A stretch of 29,350 bases of DNA, taken from IMG/VR virus record IMGVR_UViG_3300042558_003488, positions 1-29,350 of that record; one strand, 5' to 3'. The DNA comes from a virus (lineage: Duplodnaviria; Caudoviricetes). The notes below the pieces were generated by a model, which was not told the DNA's origin, did not search any database, and saw only the letters and a program-made list of their open reading frames with translations. The position numbers and the translations under genes are program-made. Below, one piece after another: positions 8,022 to 16,772 of this stretch; the stretch's first letter is position 1; each line of letters begins with the position of its first letter.

Positions 8022-8270
8022 TTAAACAGATAAACCCCTTGAATATGCTGCAAAAAGATATGCTTTACCGCGCTGGCTCAGTTGCCAGTCGCCAGTTACG
8101 AGGCCAAGTTCTTCACAAATTACTCTTGCGGTGCGGCCTGTCGCATACCCTACCGCGCATTTCAAAAGTGTATTTGCTATTACATCACGGGGCGAAACAT
8201 CCCCAAAATTAGCATTACCCCACGCAAGTTCTACCTGCGAATCAGTAACGATGTCGTTTACTTTGTCCAT
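8022..8270 (-). CDS. Cassette gene 2: hypothetical phage protein (possible winged helix)
   Basis: 82 aa between two repeats; ELGLV...LSQRGKAYL ending. Confidence 0.65.
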   Translation of the reverse strand: MDKVNDIVTDSQVELAWGNANFGDVSPRDVIANTLLKCAVGYATGRTARVICEELGLVTGDWQLSQRGKAYLFAAYSRGLSV

Positions 8271-8331
8271 GTTTTTTTATTGATTGTGGGCGGTGTTGGC
8301 CGCCCGGTGGAGTGATTATTAATATGATTTA

Positions 8332-8634
8332 CTATTTTACAAATTCAATAACTGTGCATTCTTCAAAATCAACGCCAAACGGCAAATAACTTTCAACACT
8401 GCAAGGTTCTTTTTTGGGTTTTGTTAGTTTTAACGCCGTTCCATCGTCCATAACAACGACTATTTCTAATGCGGTTGGTAGATTTTTGTCCCACCATTCG
8501 CAGCATAGCCTTACGTGTTTTGTAATAGGATCAACCATATCTTCCAACTCTTTGCGTTTTGCTCGGAAATCCCTTCGGAAATCCATTTCATCGGAAATTA
8601 ACTGCTTTAGTTCTTTTGCTGTTTGCTTTTCCAT
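8332..8634 (-). CDS. Cassette gene 1: hypothetical protein
   Basis: 100 aa between two repeats; N-terminal coiled coil. Confidence 0.6.
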   Translation of the reverse strand: MEKQTAKELKQLISDEMDFRRDFRAKRKELEDMVDPITKHVRLCCEWWDKNLPTALEIVVVMDDGTALKLTKPKKEPCSVESYLPFGVDFEECTVIEFVK

Positions 8635-8678
8635 ATTTTTTTTGAATGTGGGCGGTGTTGGCCGCCCGGGTTAGTGAA

Positions 8679-8978
8679 TTAATTAGATAATCGAGTAAAA
8701 GTATTCTTTTGAAAATCCCAAGCCAGATAGTTTCTTTTTGTAACCAATGCGTCGGGGTCTTCATGCTCAATTGTGTGCGGGTGGTCTTTGTAACCGTGCA
8801 AATTAAAATATAAATTGCCGTCGGATAATTTGAATGATGCGTTAGATTTAAACGGCGTGGAGAAGCACTCCCCTTTTTTTAGTTCGGATAGTTTGACTAC
8901 GTTTTCCTGCAAGTGGAAATCCTTTAGATGACGCTTAAATGTCCAACTTTCTCCGTATCTGTCAATAAAATGTTCCAT
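8679..8978 (-). CDS. Hypothetical protein
   Basis: 99 aa; stop 2 nt before the first repeat. Confidence 0.6.
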   Translation of the reverse strand: MEHFIDRYGESWTFKRHLKDFHLQENVVKLSELKKGECFSTPFKSNASFKLSDGNLYFNLHGYKDHPHTIEHEDPDALVTKRNYLAWDFQKNTFTRLSN

Positions 8979-8982
8979 TTTT

Positions 8983-9384
8983 TTAAAGTTCTAGTTTAAT
9001 TTGATGATTTTCTCTGTGATTCCGTCCGTACATTCTACTTGCTGCATGCTGCTTTACATCGTGATTTAGGTGGCACTTCTGGCATAGTGCGGCAAGGTTA
9101 CTTCTTTCGTTGTTCCGTGTGTCTCCGTCTAAGTGTGCGGTGGTTAGGACTATTTTAGTTAGTCCTAAGCGTTTTAATTTACCGGGCTTCATTTCGTCGG
9201 TGGATTCGTTAAATCCTTCGGCGTTTTTTACGATTAGGATTTCTACCCAGCCGCCCTTTTCTTTTCTCATTATGATCGTCTTATTGGCTATGCCGCATTT
9301 TTCGCACTTCCATCCGGCTTCTGTGCGGACTTGGAGGCTGATTTTATCCCAGTCGGGCGGGTATTTTGATCTATCTATTGGCAT
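8983..9384 (-). CDS. HNH-family endonuclease-like protein
   Basis: Start MPIDRSKYPPDW; CEKCG, LTTAHLDGDTRNN...NLAALCQKCH motifs. Confidence 0.8.
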   Translation of the reverse strand: MPIDRSKYPPDWDKISLQVRTEAGWKCEKCGIANKTIIMRKEKGGWVEILIVKNAEGFNESTDEMKPGKLKRLGLTKIVLTTAHLDGDTRNNERSNLAALCQKCHLNHDVKQHAASRMYGRNHRENHQIKLEL

Positions 9385-9388
9385 AAGG

Positions 9389-9559
9389 CTAAAGTATTTT
9401 GTGACAGTTACCACATGGCCCCATGCAGCCGGGGCATGTTTCTTCCTGTGTAGTGTATCCGCTTCCTTGGAGCGGTTCATCCTTTGCGGCGTGGAGCAGT
9501 GCGGCAAATAGATAGCCGAAGCCTCCGAGGATGATTAGAAAAGAGCCTATTATTATCAT
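9389..9559 (-). CDS. Small membrane protein with Cys-rich tail
   Basis: 56 aa: one N-terminal TM helix and CPGCMGPCGNCH. Confidence 0.5.
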   Translation of the reverse strand: MIIIGSFLIILGGFGYLFAALLHAAKDEPLQGSGYTTQEETCPGCMGPCGNCHKIL

Positions 9560-9801
9560 GTTGTTTGATTTAGTGCTTGCTGGAATGCGCAATAACTCGT
9601 TTCCAGTAAGCAATCTGAGTAATGAGTGTTAAAATTGTACCAACTACGCATTGACTTTACGTATTCCGTAGCGGCTTGGTAGCCTTGATAGATGGCTAGT
9701 TCTGAAAACTTCCAGTCGACGTATCCCCTACCCCGGGTAATGTAGTTTTTAGGGTTTGGTTTGGCTTGGAGTATGGTTTGGATGGCTTGTAATTCGTCCA
9801 T
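9556..9801 (-). CDS. Hypothetical protein
   Basis: 81-aa ORF with ATGA overlap to the next gene. Confidence 0.55.
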   Translation of the reverse strand: MDELQAIQTILQAKPNPKNYITRGRGYVDWKFSELAIYQGYQAATEYVKSMRSWYNFNTHYSDCLLETSYCAFQQALNQTT

Positions 9802-9922
9802 ATAGATATTTATGTTATTTGACGTTGAAAAAATCTGATTTTCAAAAAGGCCGTTTTTTACCGACTTACTTTTTATTTTTTGAGAAAAAAAAGAGGTAAA
9901 AAAACCTTTGTAACTTGTTGTA

Positions 9923-10086
9923 AATCAATTGCTTGCAAGGTGGCAATATTTGTCAACATGGTGATGTTGACAGATGTTGACAGGGTTTTTGATGTTGACA
10001 CGATGTTGACACGATGTTGACAAAATTAATTAATTGAAAATCAAATAGTTATAGGGCATTTGTCAACATGTCAACATTGTCAACAT
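9923..10086. repeat. Iteron-like repeat cluster, probable replication origin
   Basis: Nine ATGTTGACA copies (5 forward at 9963-10022, 4 inverted at 9951 and 10061-10086), AT-rich spacer, two WATCAANNNNTTR matches (9923-9935, 10039-10051); just downstream of primase-helicase. Confidence 0.7.
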
Positions 10087-10124
10087 GTTTTTGGGTTTCT
10101 GAGAAAAAGCCTTTTTAAAAGCCT

Positions 10125-10150
10125 AAAAAAGCGGCCTCTTTTGGCCGCTT
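10125..10150 (-). terminator. Intrinsic terminator after primase-helicase
   Basis: AAGCGGCC/GGCCGCTT stem with T6 on - strand. Confidence 0.7.
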
Positions 10151-10160
10151 AGTTTTTCGA

Positions 10161-12620
10161 TTAAAATGGGGTATCTTCGTCCGGTTTTTCCGCTTCTTGC
10201 ATAGCCCCTTCTATTACTTTCGGGTGTTGTGCTGCTGATTGAAATTCCAGTTCTGTCTGCTCTCCTGGCTCTGCATATTTCACGTCGCCTGCTTTTACAA
10301 ATTGATCCCTTCTGAATACATACGGTCGGCCTCGGAATGGCTTTCTTACTAGTACTATCTCTTGCTCCTTGGTGTCCTGACTAAATTGTGTTTCATATTT
10401 GGGGTATGTCCCTCGCTTGTAAATGGCTTCTCCGGTTAAATCTCTTAGCAGATCAACTCCAATGTAGTCTCGGAGTAGTTCGCTTATCCATGCTGTGCTG
10501 CTGCGTGGATTAAAGAACTCCTCTTTTATTTCCTTCATCGTCATTTGCAACTCCTGTATATCGTTGTCTTGTATGAACCACTCCTTTAGTGATTCGCGCA
10601 TGTTGGTGGCTTCGGATGGCTCATTTACTTTGACCATCTGCTCGAATATCTTTGTGCGTAGTAGGCTGTGATGGAAGTACATACGCCCTTCTTTTGGGCA
10701 ATGCATTTCCCTGTTCTTCAAAAAATCAATGAAAGCGGGTATTTCGGCTTTCATTTTGGTGAGCATGTTTGGGTCGTCGTTTCCTTCTTGTAGTTGCGGT
10801 ACCCTGATTATCCAGTAGCGTTGGTCGTGCTTACTTACATAGATCATCCGCAGGTTGTTACTTGTAAAAATAAACTTACAGAAATAGTCTATTGAATACT
10901 GCTTGCTGCCCTTTGGGTTCACCATGATTTTTTCGGCAGTGGACATGGCTTTGAGCCGTTCCGCATCGCGCTTCCTTTCCAGTAATGTTTCGTCACAGAT
11001 GGCCAGTAACTTATCTACAAACATTTCGTTAAAATCTGATTGCAAATCGTTATTTGATATTGGCACGGCATTGTCGCCGAACATGGCCATTAGCAACTTC
11101 CCTAGTGTACTCTTCCCTGTGTTGTTTTCGGGGGAATAGAGGCAAAGTACTGGTAACATTTGGGTCGGGTTAACTAGCAATTGCTGTACGTAGTCTAATC
11201 CCATTTCGTATTGTGTGTATTCTCTACCGTCGTTGTGCTTTACTGTGCTTTCTCCAAAAATGTGTTTAAACAATTTGGTTATGGTTGGGAATGTGCCTTT
11301 CTGTGGTACGTGTGGAAGCGGAAAATATCGGTTATAATATCTTGCGCCGTCTGGCATCTCTAAAATACGCTTGTAATTGAAGTGATCGGGTATGTTCACG
11401 AATGCCCGATGGTGCTGCAAAAAGCCCCAGAACTCTTTGCCGTACATCTTTACGAATTGGCCTTGCTGATATGCGATTAGTTTGCGGATAGTGCCGTATG
11501 CGCCTGGTACATTGTCGTCGAGGAAAAACTCATCACCTACCCAGATCACCCGCTTTGCCCATTCCGGGGCTTGCATAATGAGTTTATCCTCCGATTCGCT
11601 CCACCTATACGTCGATCCTTTGTACAGGAACTCCCTGGCACCTATTTGATCGCGGTGTGCATCGAAGAATGCTTCGTGATCGTGTAGCCTAAAGTATTTT
11701 ACCAGACTGGCGGTGCTGCTCGTAATGTTGATCGACTTAAAATAGTATTGGTTTTCGTGGGGCCGCTGTGCCTGCTGAACGATGGCAGGTACTTTGCCCT
11801 GGTCACGGCCTTGTACGATTAGGTCGTCTAATCCTTTGGGGCGGGTATCTAATCCATCGAACCGAACGTGGGAGAAATATACCTGCGGTTTCTCGCGGGT
11901 TTGGGTGTATTCTATTGTAGTGACTAATTCAGCGATCTTCTTTGCGGAGTTGAAAAATCCTGCTGGGCGGCGGGTTATTTCTTCGGTGATCTGTAAGTCT
12001 TTGGCCGATATGTTGAGACAGTCGGCATCCCACATAATGATTACAGTCTGAACATTGCACTTTTCGATCAACTTTGTGATGTCGCTGTACAGTTTCCCGT
12101 CTTTTTGCTTGTATGTCGAAATAGAGGCAAGCCCGACAACATCTAACCCGGCAATGCTTCCACACATTGCCTTAAAAACTCCCTCTGTTAAGATGAGTGT
12201 CGGGACTTGCTCCCCTTTCTGGTATTTCTCTACTAATGCTGGTGGGAACCACGGTAAAGTAGGTTGTCCCGCTGGCATTTGATACTTCATGTCGCCCTTT
12301 GGCTCTTTGAGCCTTCGGGTTTTGTATAGCCGTGTCTTGGCATTGAGGTACGATGTTTTACCATCGCCTTGGTGCAAATAGGATATAAGATCACCCTCTA
12401 TTGTGTAATAGAGTATTTCTATGTCCCCCGTAGATTTATCCTCTGTGAAAATTGGGGTGGTGTACGATTCCGGTTGCGGAAACTCCGCTTCTGGGTTGTG
12501 TACGGTGATGAGTGCATTATTCTCCGTAACTCCTATTTCCTGCATTCGTTGCTGGAAATACGATGTTACGGGGGCGGTGTTAGTGGCGACTTGTGGGTCG
12601 CTGTGTGTTGCTTGTTGCAT
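10161..12620 (-). CDS. Primase-helicase (TOPRIM-like domain + SF3/DUF5906-like NTPase)
   Basis: LILTEGVFKA, WDAD, KGLDD TOPRIM motifs; Walker A NNTGKST, Walker B LAICDE, motif C FIFTSN. Confidence 0.85.
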   Translation of the reverse strand: MQQATHSDPQVATNTAPVTSYFQQRMQEIGVTENNALITVHNPEAEFPQPESYTTPIFTEDKSTGDIEILYYTIEGDLISYLHQGDGKTSYLNAKTRLYKTRRLKEPKGDMKYQMPAGQPTLPWFPPALVEKYQKGEQVPTLILTEGVFKAMCGSIAGLDVVGLASISTYKQKDGKLYSDITKLIEKCNVQTVIIMWDADCLNISAKDLQITEEITRRPAGFFNSAKKIAELVTTIEYTQTREKPQVYFSHVRFDGLDTRPKGLDDLIVQGRDQGKVPAIVQQAQRPHENQYYFKSINITSSTASLVKYFRLHDHEAFFDAHRDQIGAREFLYKGSTYRWSESEDKLIMQAPEWAKRVIWVGDEFFLDDNVPGAYGTIRKLIAYQQGQFVKMYGKEFWGFLQHHRAFVNIPDHFNYKRILEMPDGARYYNRYFPLPHVPQKGTFPTITKLFKHIFGESTVKHNDGREYTQYEMGLDYVQQLLVNPTQMLPVLCLYSPENNTGKSTLGKLLMAMFGDNAVPISNNDLQSDFNEMFVDKLLAICDETLLERKRDAERLKAMSTAEKIMVNPKGSKQYSIDYFCKFIFTSNNLRMIYVSKHDQRYWIIRVPQLQEGNDDPNMLTKMKAEIPAFIDFLKNREMHCPKEGRMYFHHSLLRTKIFEQMVKVNEPSEATNMRESLKEWFIQDNDIQELQMTMKEIKEEFFNPRSSTAWISELLRDYIGVDLLRDLTGEAIYKRGTYPKYETQFSQDTKEQEIVLVRKPFRGRPYVFRRDQFVKAGDVKYAEPGEQTELEFQSAAQHPKVIEGAMQEAEKPDEDTPF

Positions 12621-12648
12621 AGTGGAAGTGGATTATAGAGAGCGGTGG

Positions 12649-12683
12649 CAAATGTCTGTTTGTGGCGCGGTGGATGAAAGGAC
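12649..12683 (-). promoter_or_regulatory. Bipartite promoter motif copy 5
   Basis: GTCCTTT-N24-TTTG upstream of primase-helicase. Confidence 0.6.
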
Positions 12684-12692
12684 AAGGGCGGG

Positions 12693-12893
12693 TTAGAACT
12701 TTTGTGCTTCCAAGTACTCAATGATCGCCGCGTGTACTTTCAAGTTATTTTTATAGTAGGTTACATACTGGTTCTGTATATCCTTATCATCATTACTTAA
12801 ATATATGCCTTTTACGTGCCTTTCTAAGCGATTTGTCGCCTTACGTAAATCTTCGATGTAATCCAGTATTTCTTTTTTTTGCTGCTCTGTCAT
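12693..12893 (-). CDS. Hypothetical protein
   Basis: 66-aa helical ORF in operon. Confidence 0.55.
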   Translation of the reverse strand: MTEQQKKEILDYIEDLRKATNRLERHVKGIYLSNDDKDIQNQYVTYYKNNLKVHAAIIEYLEAQKF

Positions 12894-12895
12894 GG

Positions 12896-13117
12896 CTATG
12901 GTATTTGGCGGCGCATAATTTCAGCGGCGCAGATGAAAATATATTGATTCTGAAACTGTAGGTCTAATTTATATTCTGGTAATTCAAACTCCGCAAAGTT
13001 CTCTAATGCCCTAAGCCTACTTTCTGCAAGGGCTTTTAACTCAATGCTGAGTTCCCAAATTTCATATTTTTTTAGTTGCTCGGTATAGTCCAAGCAGATT
13101 TCTTCAAACTGTGTCAT
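12896..13117 (-). CDS. Hypothetical protein
   Basis: 73-aa helical ORF in operon. Confidence 0.55.
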   Translation of the reverse strand: MTQFEEICLDYTEQLKKYEIWELSIELKALAESRLRALENFAEFELPEYKLDLQFQNQYIFICAAEIMRRQIP

Positions 13118-13280
13118 AAAAAATAAAAGTTTTTTGCGCTACTGGAGGGAGTGTAGCGCAGGTTAGTTAAAATTGTGTGTGTAATCGACTAGGGGGGAGA
13201 TTAAAAACGGCTCACGTAGTTGCTACGGTTGTTGCCGGTGTTTACCGATTAGTGTTTCAAACTTTATTTCACAAATTTAT

Positions 13281-14975
13281 TTATTCACCGTATTTGGTCT
13301 TTACGACCTTCAAATTTGGTACTAACCAATCTGTTATTTTATCCGCAAAGGCAAGTACGCCAAACCATAAGGCAGCGGTAAACCATAGCGATAGTTCAAA
13401 GTGTACGATTGCTATAAAAATATCTATTAGAGTAAACCCTATAATAAACCATGCGCAGATTAAAGTAAGACCAGCGGCGTTTTGCTGTGCATCTACGATC
13501 CACTTTCCTGCTATTGTTTTCCCCTTAACGGTTACGAGACTTTCATTTGCGGCTGATTTTGCGATATACCGAAAGAAACCTAAAGCGCCTAATACAAACG
13601 TACTTAATGACCAAAAAATCCACATAACAGCATTCCAAAAAGTTCCAAACATTGCCTTTATCTTGCTACTACTAGCGGTGTAGTCTGCCTTTAACCCTTC
13701 GATATTTGCGGCGAATGCTGCCGAATCGGGTATCATTCCGAACGCTGATGGCGCAGGGCGAATACCGCCTGTTTCGGGGAATAAAGGGCGGGGGCGTACT
13801 GGATCGGTAGATTGCGCGGGTGTGGATACTGAAATTATTTCTTTTGTTACAGGTTCTTTACCCACTGGAAAAATACGGCTACCATTAACGGTGATCGAAA
13901 TTAACTCACCAGCATTGCTATCGTCCTTAAAATAAGACGACTGTGGTAATAATTCTTTGTAAGTAAATTTACCGTCTCCAATGCGCTGTATTACGCCTTT
14001 AGAGAAAACAAATTGAACCTTGCCCACTGGCTTTTCTATTTCGTATCTAGCATTGCCCAGGTATGTTTCTACCTGCTTGCTTTTTTGAGCAGACAATGTG
14101 CCAGCGATCAATAGTAAGGCAATGATCCAAGTGTGTTTTAATAGGTTGAAATGATTGGCCATTGCATCCTGTGTGTTAGATGCGGCACGGTGAGCCTTTG
14201 TTATTAGGTACTCCTTAATGCGGATCGTGAACTCTTTGCAATATTGTTCGTACTGCTCGAATGTTTCGGCAACGAACAATGTGTCTTTGTAGTCGGGGAG
14301 GCTGATCCACTTTGGCGCATTGCGATCCATGCGCGGATCGTTGCCCTCGCTGGTGTAAACGTACGCAACGGGATCGGCGTACCTAATGACGATAACTGCG
14401 CGGACGTTGCTTTGCTCGTCGGCAAGTTGAGCAAGCGCAAAGCGCAGTCGTTCTTCGATCGTTGCGTCGCGCTCTATTCGATTGCGCACTAAGCAAATTG
14501 AATCTTGTGTGTCTTGCTCGTATTGTTGCGCGGTGTTTTTGCTCGTGTGTTGCACGCTCAATGCTCGCGCAAAAATGTTGATTGATAAACCTACGAATGT
14601 TAAGCATACCAGTAGTATTATGGTCATAGAAGTCATGTGTCCGTACTGTGCGATTACATCTAAAAAGGATTCCTGAATAACTGGGGAATCGAACATACAA
14701 CCGAAATACACTAGTAAGATAGCGGCTGCTACTGCTGTAGCTATTGCCATGTACTTAGGTAATAGGTATAGGTACCTGATGTAGATGGTTGTCATTGGGA
14801 ATGGGTTATGATCGAGGGGTAGAAACTCCTCTCCATCGAGTACATATACTTTCCCATCGTTGCTCACGGTGTAGTATTGGCCATCGCTGGCCACGATTTC
14901 GCCCATATTGGCGGGTGCAGGGTACTGCAAGTTGCACCTTACTTGCAGTGCTGTTGCTGGCGGTGTGTATGACAT
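13281..14975 (-). CDS. Multi-pass membrane protein of unknown function
   Basis: 564 aa; about six hydrophobic segments separated by two soluble domains. Confidence 0.7.
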   Translation of the reverse strand: MSYTPPATALQVRCNLQYPAPANMGEIVASDGQYYTVSNDGKVYVLDGEEFLPLDHNPFPMTTIYIRYLYLLPKYMAIATAVAAAILLVYFGCMFDSPVIQESFLDVIAQYGHMTSMTIILLVCLTFVGLSINIFARALSVQHTSKNTAQQYEQDTQDSICLVRNRIERDATIEERLRFALAQLADEQSNVRAVIVIRYADPVAYVYTSEGNDPRMDRNAPKWISLPDYKDTLFVAETFEQYEQYCKEFTIRIKEYLITKAHRAASNTQDAMANHFNLLKHTWIIALLLIAGTLSAQKSKQVETYLGNARYEIEKPVGKVQFVFSKGVIQRIGDGKFTYKELLPQSSYFKDDSNAGELISITVNGSRIFPVGKEPVTKEIISVSTPAQSTDPVRPRPLFPETGGIRPAPSAFGMIPDSAAFAANIEGLKADYTASSSKIKAMFGTFWNAVMWIFWSLSTFVLGALGFFRYIAKSAANESLVTVKGKTIAGKWIVDAQQNAAGLTLICAWFIIGFTLIDIFIAIVHFELSLWFTAALWFGVLAFADKITDWLVPNLKVVKTKYGE

Positions 14976-14978
14976 AAC

Positions 14979-15326
14979 TTATTGATTATCAGATACGCAA
15001 GTAAAACTTGCAGTGTTATTGAACTTTTTGTTATCTAAAGCCCCTCTCAGGGCAGTTGCGTCCTTTTGGATAGAGCGTTCGGAGTAGCCTGTACGCCCAT
15101 TCATTTCTCGGACTAATTGGGATAGTGGTAGCCCTTTTGTGATGTATTTTTTCACGGTTACGGCTCTATCTTCTTTGTACTGGTATGGGTGGTGAGCGTC
15201 GCGGAGGTACTGGATGTCTATTTCATCGAGTAGTACTTCCCTTTCTGCTGACCAATTACCCCATTCCATTACGCCGGGTGCTACCCATTCGCCTTTGGTT
15301 TCGAGTAATCGTTCGGAAAGGCTCAT
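14979..15326 (-). CDS. Hypothetical protein with C-terminal HTH-like segment
   Basis: Start MSLSERLL in ATGA overlap with upstream gene; GLPLSQLVREM...GYSERSIQKD. Confidence 0.55.
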   Translation of the reverse strand: MSLSERLLETKGEWVAPGVMEWGNWSAEREVLLDEIDIQYLRDAHHPYQYKEDRAVTVKKYITKGLPLSQLVREMNGRTGYSERSIQKDATALRGALDNKKFNNTASFTCVSDNQ

Positions 15327-16069
15327 TCTGTGATTTGTTTGTAGATTGATATTGCGCGCAAACAGAGGTATGCTATGGCAGACAAAAGCACTGCGAACAC
15401 GGTGGCCATTAGGTGAGCAATGGAAAATGCAGCACCGAACAAAATGGTTTTCTCTAAATCGGTTGCGTACGCAATGCTGTTGTAAAATGATTGCCAATTG
15501 CTAAAGCAAAATACAAGGGCAATTGCCATACTAATACCGAAACAAATCTTCTTTAGTTCGAGCAATTGGTCATTGTGTTTTTGCGCGATGTCGCTGGCCA
15601 CTGTCCAAGGCTGTGGTACTTCCTTGTATGTGCGGCGTATGACCTGCCGAGAAAACTCGTAAAAGATGGTGGCCACTGCTCCAAATCCTAATCCGCTAAT
15701 GCCGGCAAGATTGAAAAGCGAGTACCAGCCTAAACCGATTTCGCCCCAAATAATCATATCGGGCAGTGTTACGTCTATTTTAAATTGTGGCTTAATAACG
15801 GCGGGTTGTTCTACTGGCATTGTGATTGTTACCGCTGGCGTTGCCTTTGGTTTGTTCTTTGCGGTGGTAGATACTTTCTTTTTGTCCCCATAGCGCTCTG
15901 TGATAACTGCTACTTCGTTGGGCGTTACTGCGCGACTTCTATCGAAGTTAGATAAACCCATTGATGGGAATGCCATCCGGACGGTACCAGGCTTTACACC
16001 TAGTTCTTCAATCAATTGGCCAAGCGTCATTTTATTGGCGGCGGCGGGCTGTGAAATATTATCAGTCAT
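15323..16069 (-). CDS. HTH-like N-terminus fused to a multi-TM membrane domain
   Basis: MTLGQLIEELGVKPGTVRM HTH pattern, Lys/Pro linker, about four hydrophobic helices. Confidence 0.6.
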   Translation of the reverse strand: MTDNISQPAAANKMTLGQLIEELGVKPGTVRMAFPSMGLSNFDRSRAVTPNEVAVITERYGDKKKVSTTAKNKPKATPAVTITMPVEQPAVIKPQFKIDVTLPDMIIWGEIGLGWYSLFNLAGISGLGFGAVATIFYEFSRQVIRRTYKEVPQPWTVASDIAQKHNDQLLELKKICFGISMAIALVFCFSNWQSFYNSIAYATDLEKTILFGAAFSIAHLMATVFAVLLSAIAYLCLRAISIYKQITE

Positions 16070-16087
16070 AGTTTAAAATATTTGTCT

Positions 16088-16155
16088 TACTTTTGTGCCA
16101 TTGATTATCAGTCATAGAAGGGCTGGCTCTTGGCGGGGCTGGCTCTTCGCTTTTT
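16088..16155 (+). ncRNA. Putative antisense sRNA (promoter, 14-nt seed, terminator)
   Basis: + strand TACTTTTG box 16088-16095; 16104-16117 identical to 16058-16071 (antisense to start of 15323..16069); 14-bp hairpin with 5 G-U pairs valid only on + strand, then T5. Confidence 0.55.
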
Positions 16156-16411
16156 AAAGCAGTTGGTGTGTGATGTTTACATTTTGGACATTGTAGTATT
16201 TCTCTGTTATTAGTTCCTTAATCGCCTCCTTTGTTAGTTCCATGTTATGTATCACCTTCGATTGCCCCACAATCTCTATCAGTTCGTGTTTGATAGCTGA
16301 TGTAATAGGGCTTTTCATTCCTAGAGCATAGAGCGCGTTTTGGATTTCCGGTTCATCCTCCCAAATTGTTTTGGAGTAGGTGAAGCGGATTGTGAGTTTT
16401 ACTTTTGCCAT
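16154..16411 (-). CDS. Hypothetical protein
   Basis: 85-aa ORF in early operon. Confidence 0.55.
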   Translation of the reverse strand: MAKVKLTIRFTYSKTIWEDEPEIQNALYALGMKSPITSAIKHELIEIVGQSKVIHNMELTKEAIKELITEKYYNVQNVNITHQLL

Positions 16412-16674
16412 TTTGATTTTTGGTTGACCATATTTGTCACATAAATGATTCCAGCCTCGCTATTCGGTAATCCATTATCATCCTTATTAAGGATTTCGCC
16501 TAGTTCTGTTGCAAAATCAACTCCGTGGTATGCAATCGCTGTAATTGCTTCCTGCGCAAAATCCCAAGCCAATGAAGGTGTGTTTGCCCTAGATGCGTTA
16601 TATAAGGCCGTTAAACATCCTTCAATAGGTGCAACAGAACAATCAATCGTAACTCCTGAATATGATAAGATCAT
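16399..16674 (-). CDS. Hypothetical protein
   Basis: 91-aa ORF in early operon. Confidence 0.55.
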   Translation of the reverse strand: MILSYSGVTIDCSVAPIEGCLTALYNASRANTPSLAWDFAQEAITAIAYHGVDFATELGEILNKDDNGLPNSEAGIIYVTNMVNQKSKWQK

Positions 16675-16772
16675 GTTTTTATATTTTGGAGATTACTTTA
16701 GGGAAAGAGATCCGCCCAAAACTCGTTTGTTTCGGGCGGCGGTTTCCCGTATATAACCTCATGAAAAGTGGC

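Larger units (their letters stand above)
7394..8676. repeat. Five dispersed 30-bp direct repeats TGTGGGCGGTGTTGGCCGCCCGGGTTAGTG separating single ORFs
   Basis: Copies at 7394-7423, 7570-7599, 7990-8019, 8285-8314, 8647-8676; internal hairpin GGGCGG-N6-CCGCCC. Confidence 0.95.

Noticed and set aside
7394-8676. CRISPR array interpretation of the 30-bp repeats
   Set aside because: Spacers are 146-390 bp, unequal and each encodes an ORF; no cas genes in the window
7394-8676. Classical integron attC sites
   Set aside because: Too short, no paired RYYYAAC/GTTRRRY boxes in each unit, and the integrase has an arm-binding domain and its own attP
9951-10086. Mini-CRISPR or simple microsatellite
   Set aside because: 9-10 bp units in both orientations with no unique spacers; fits iterons better
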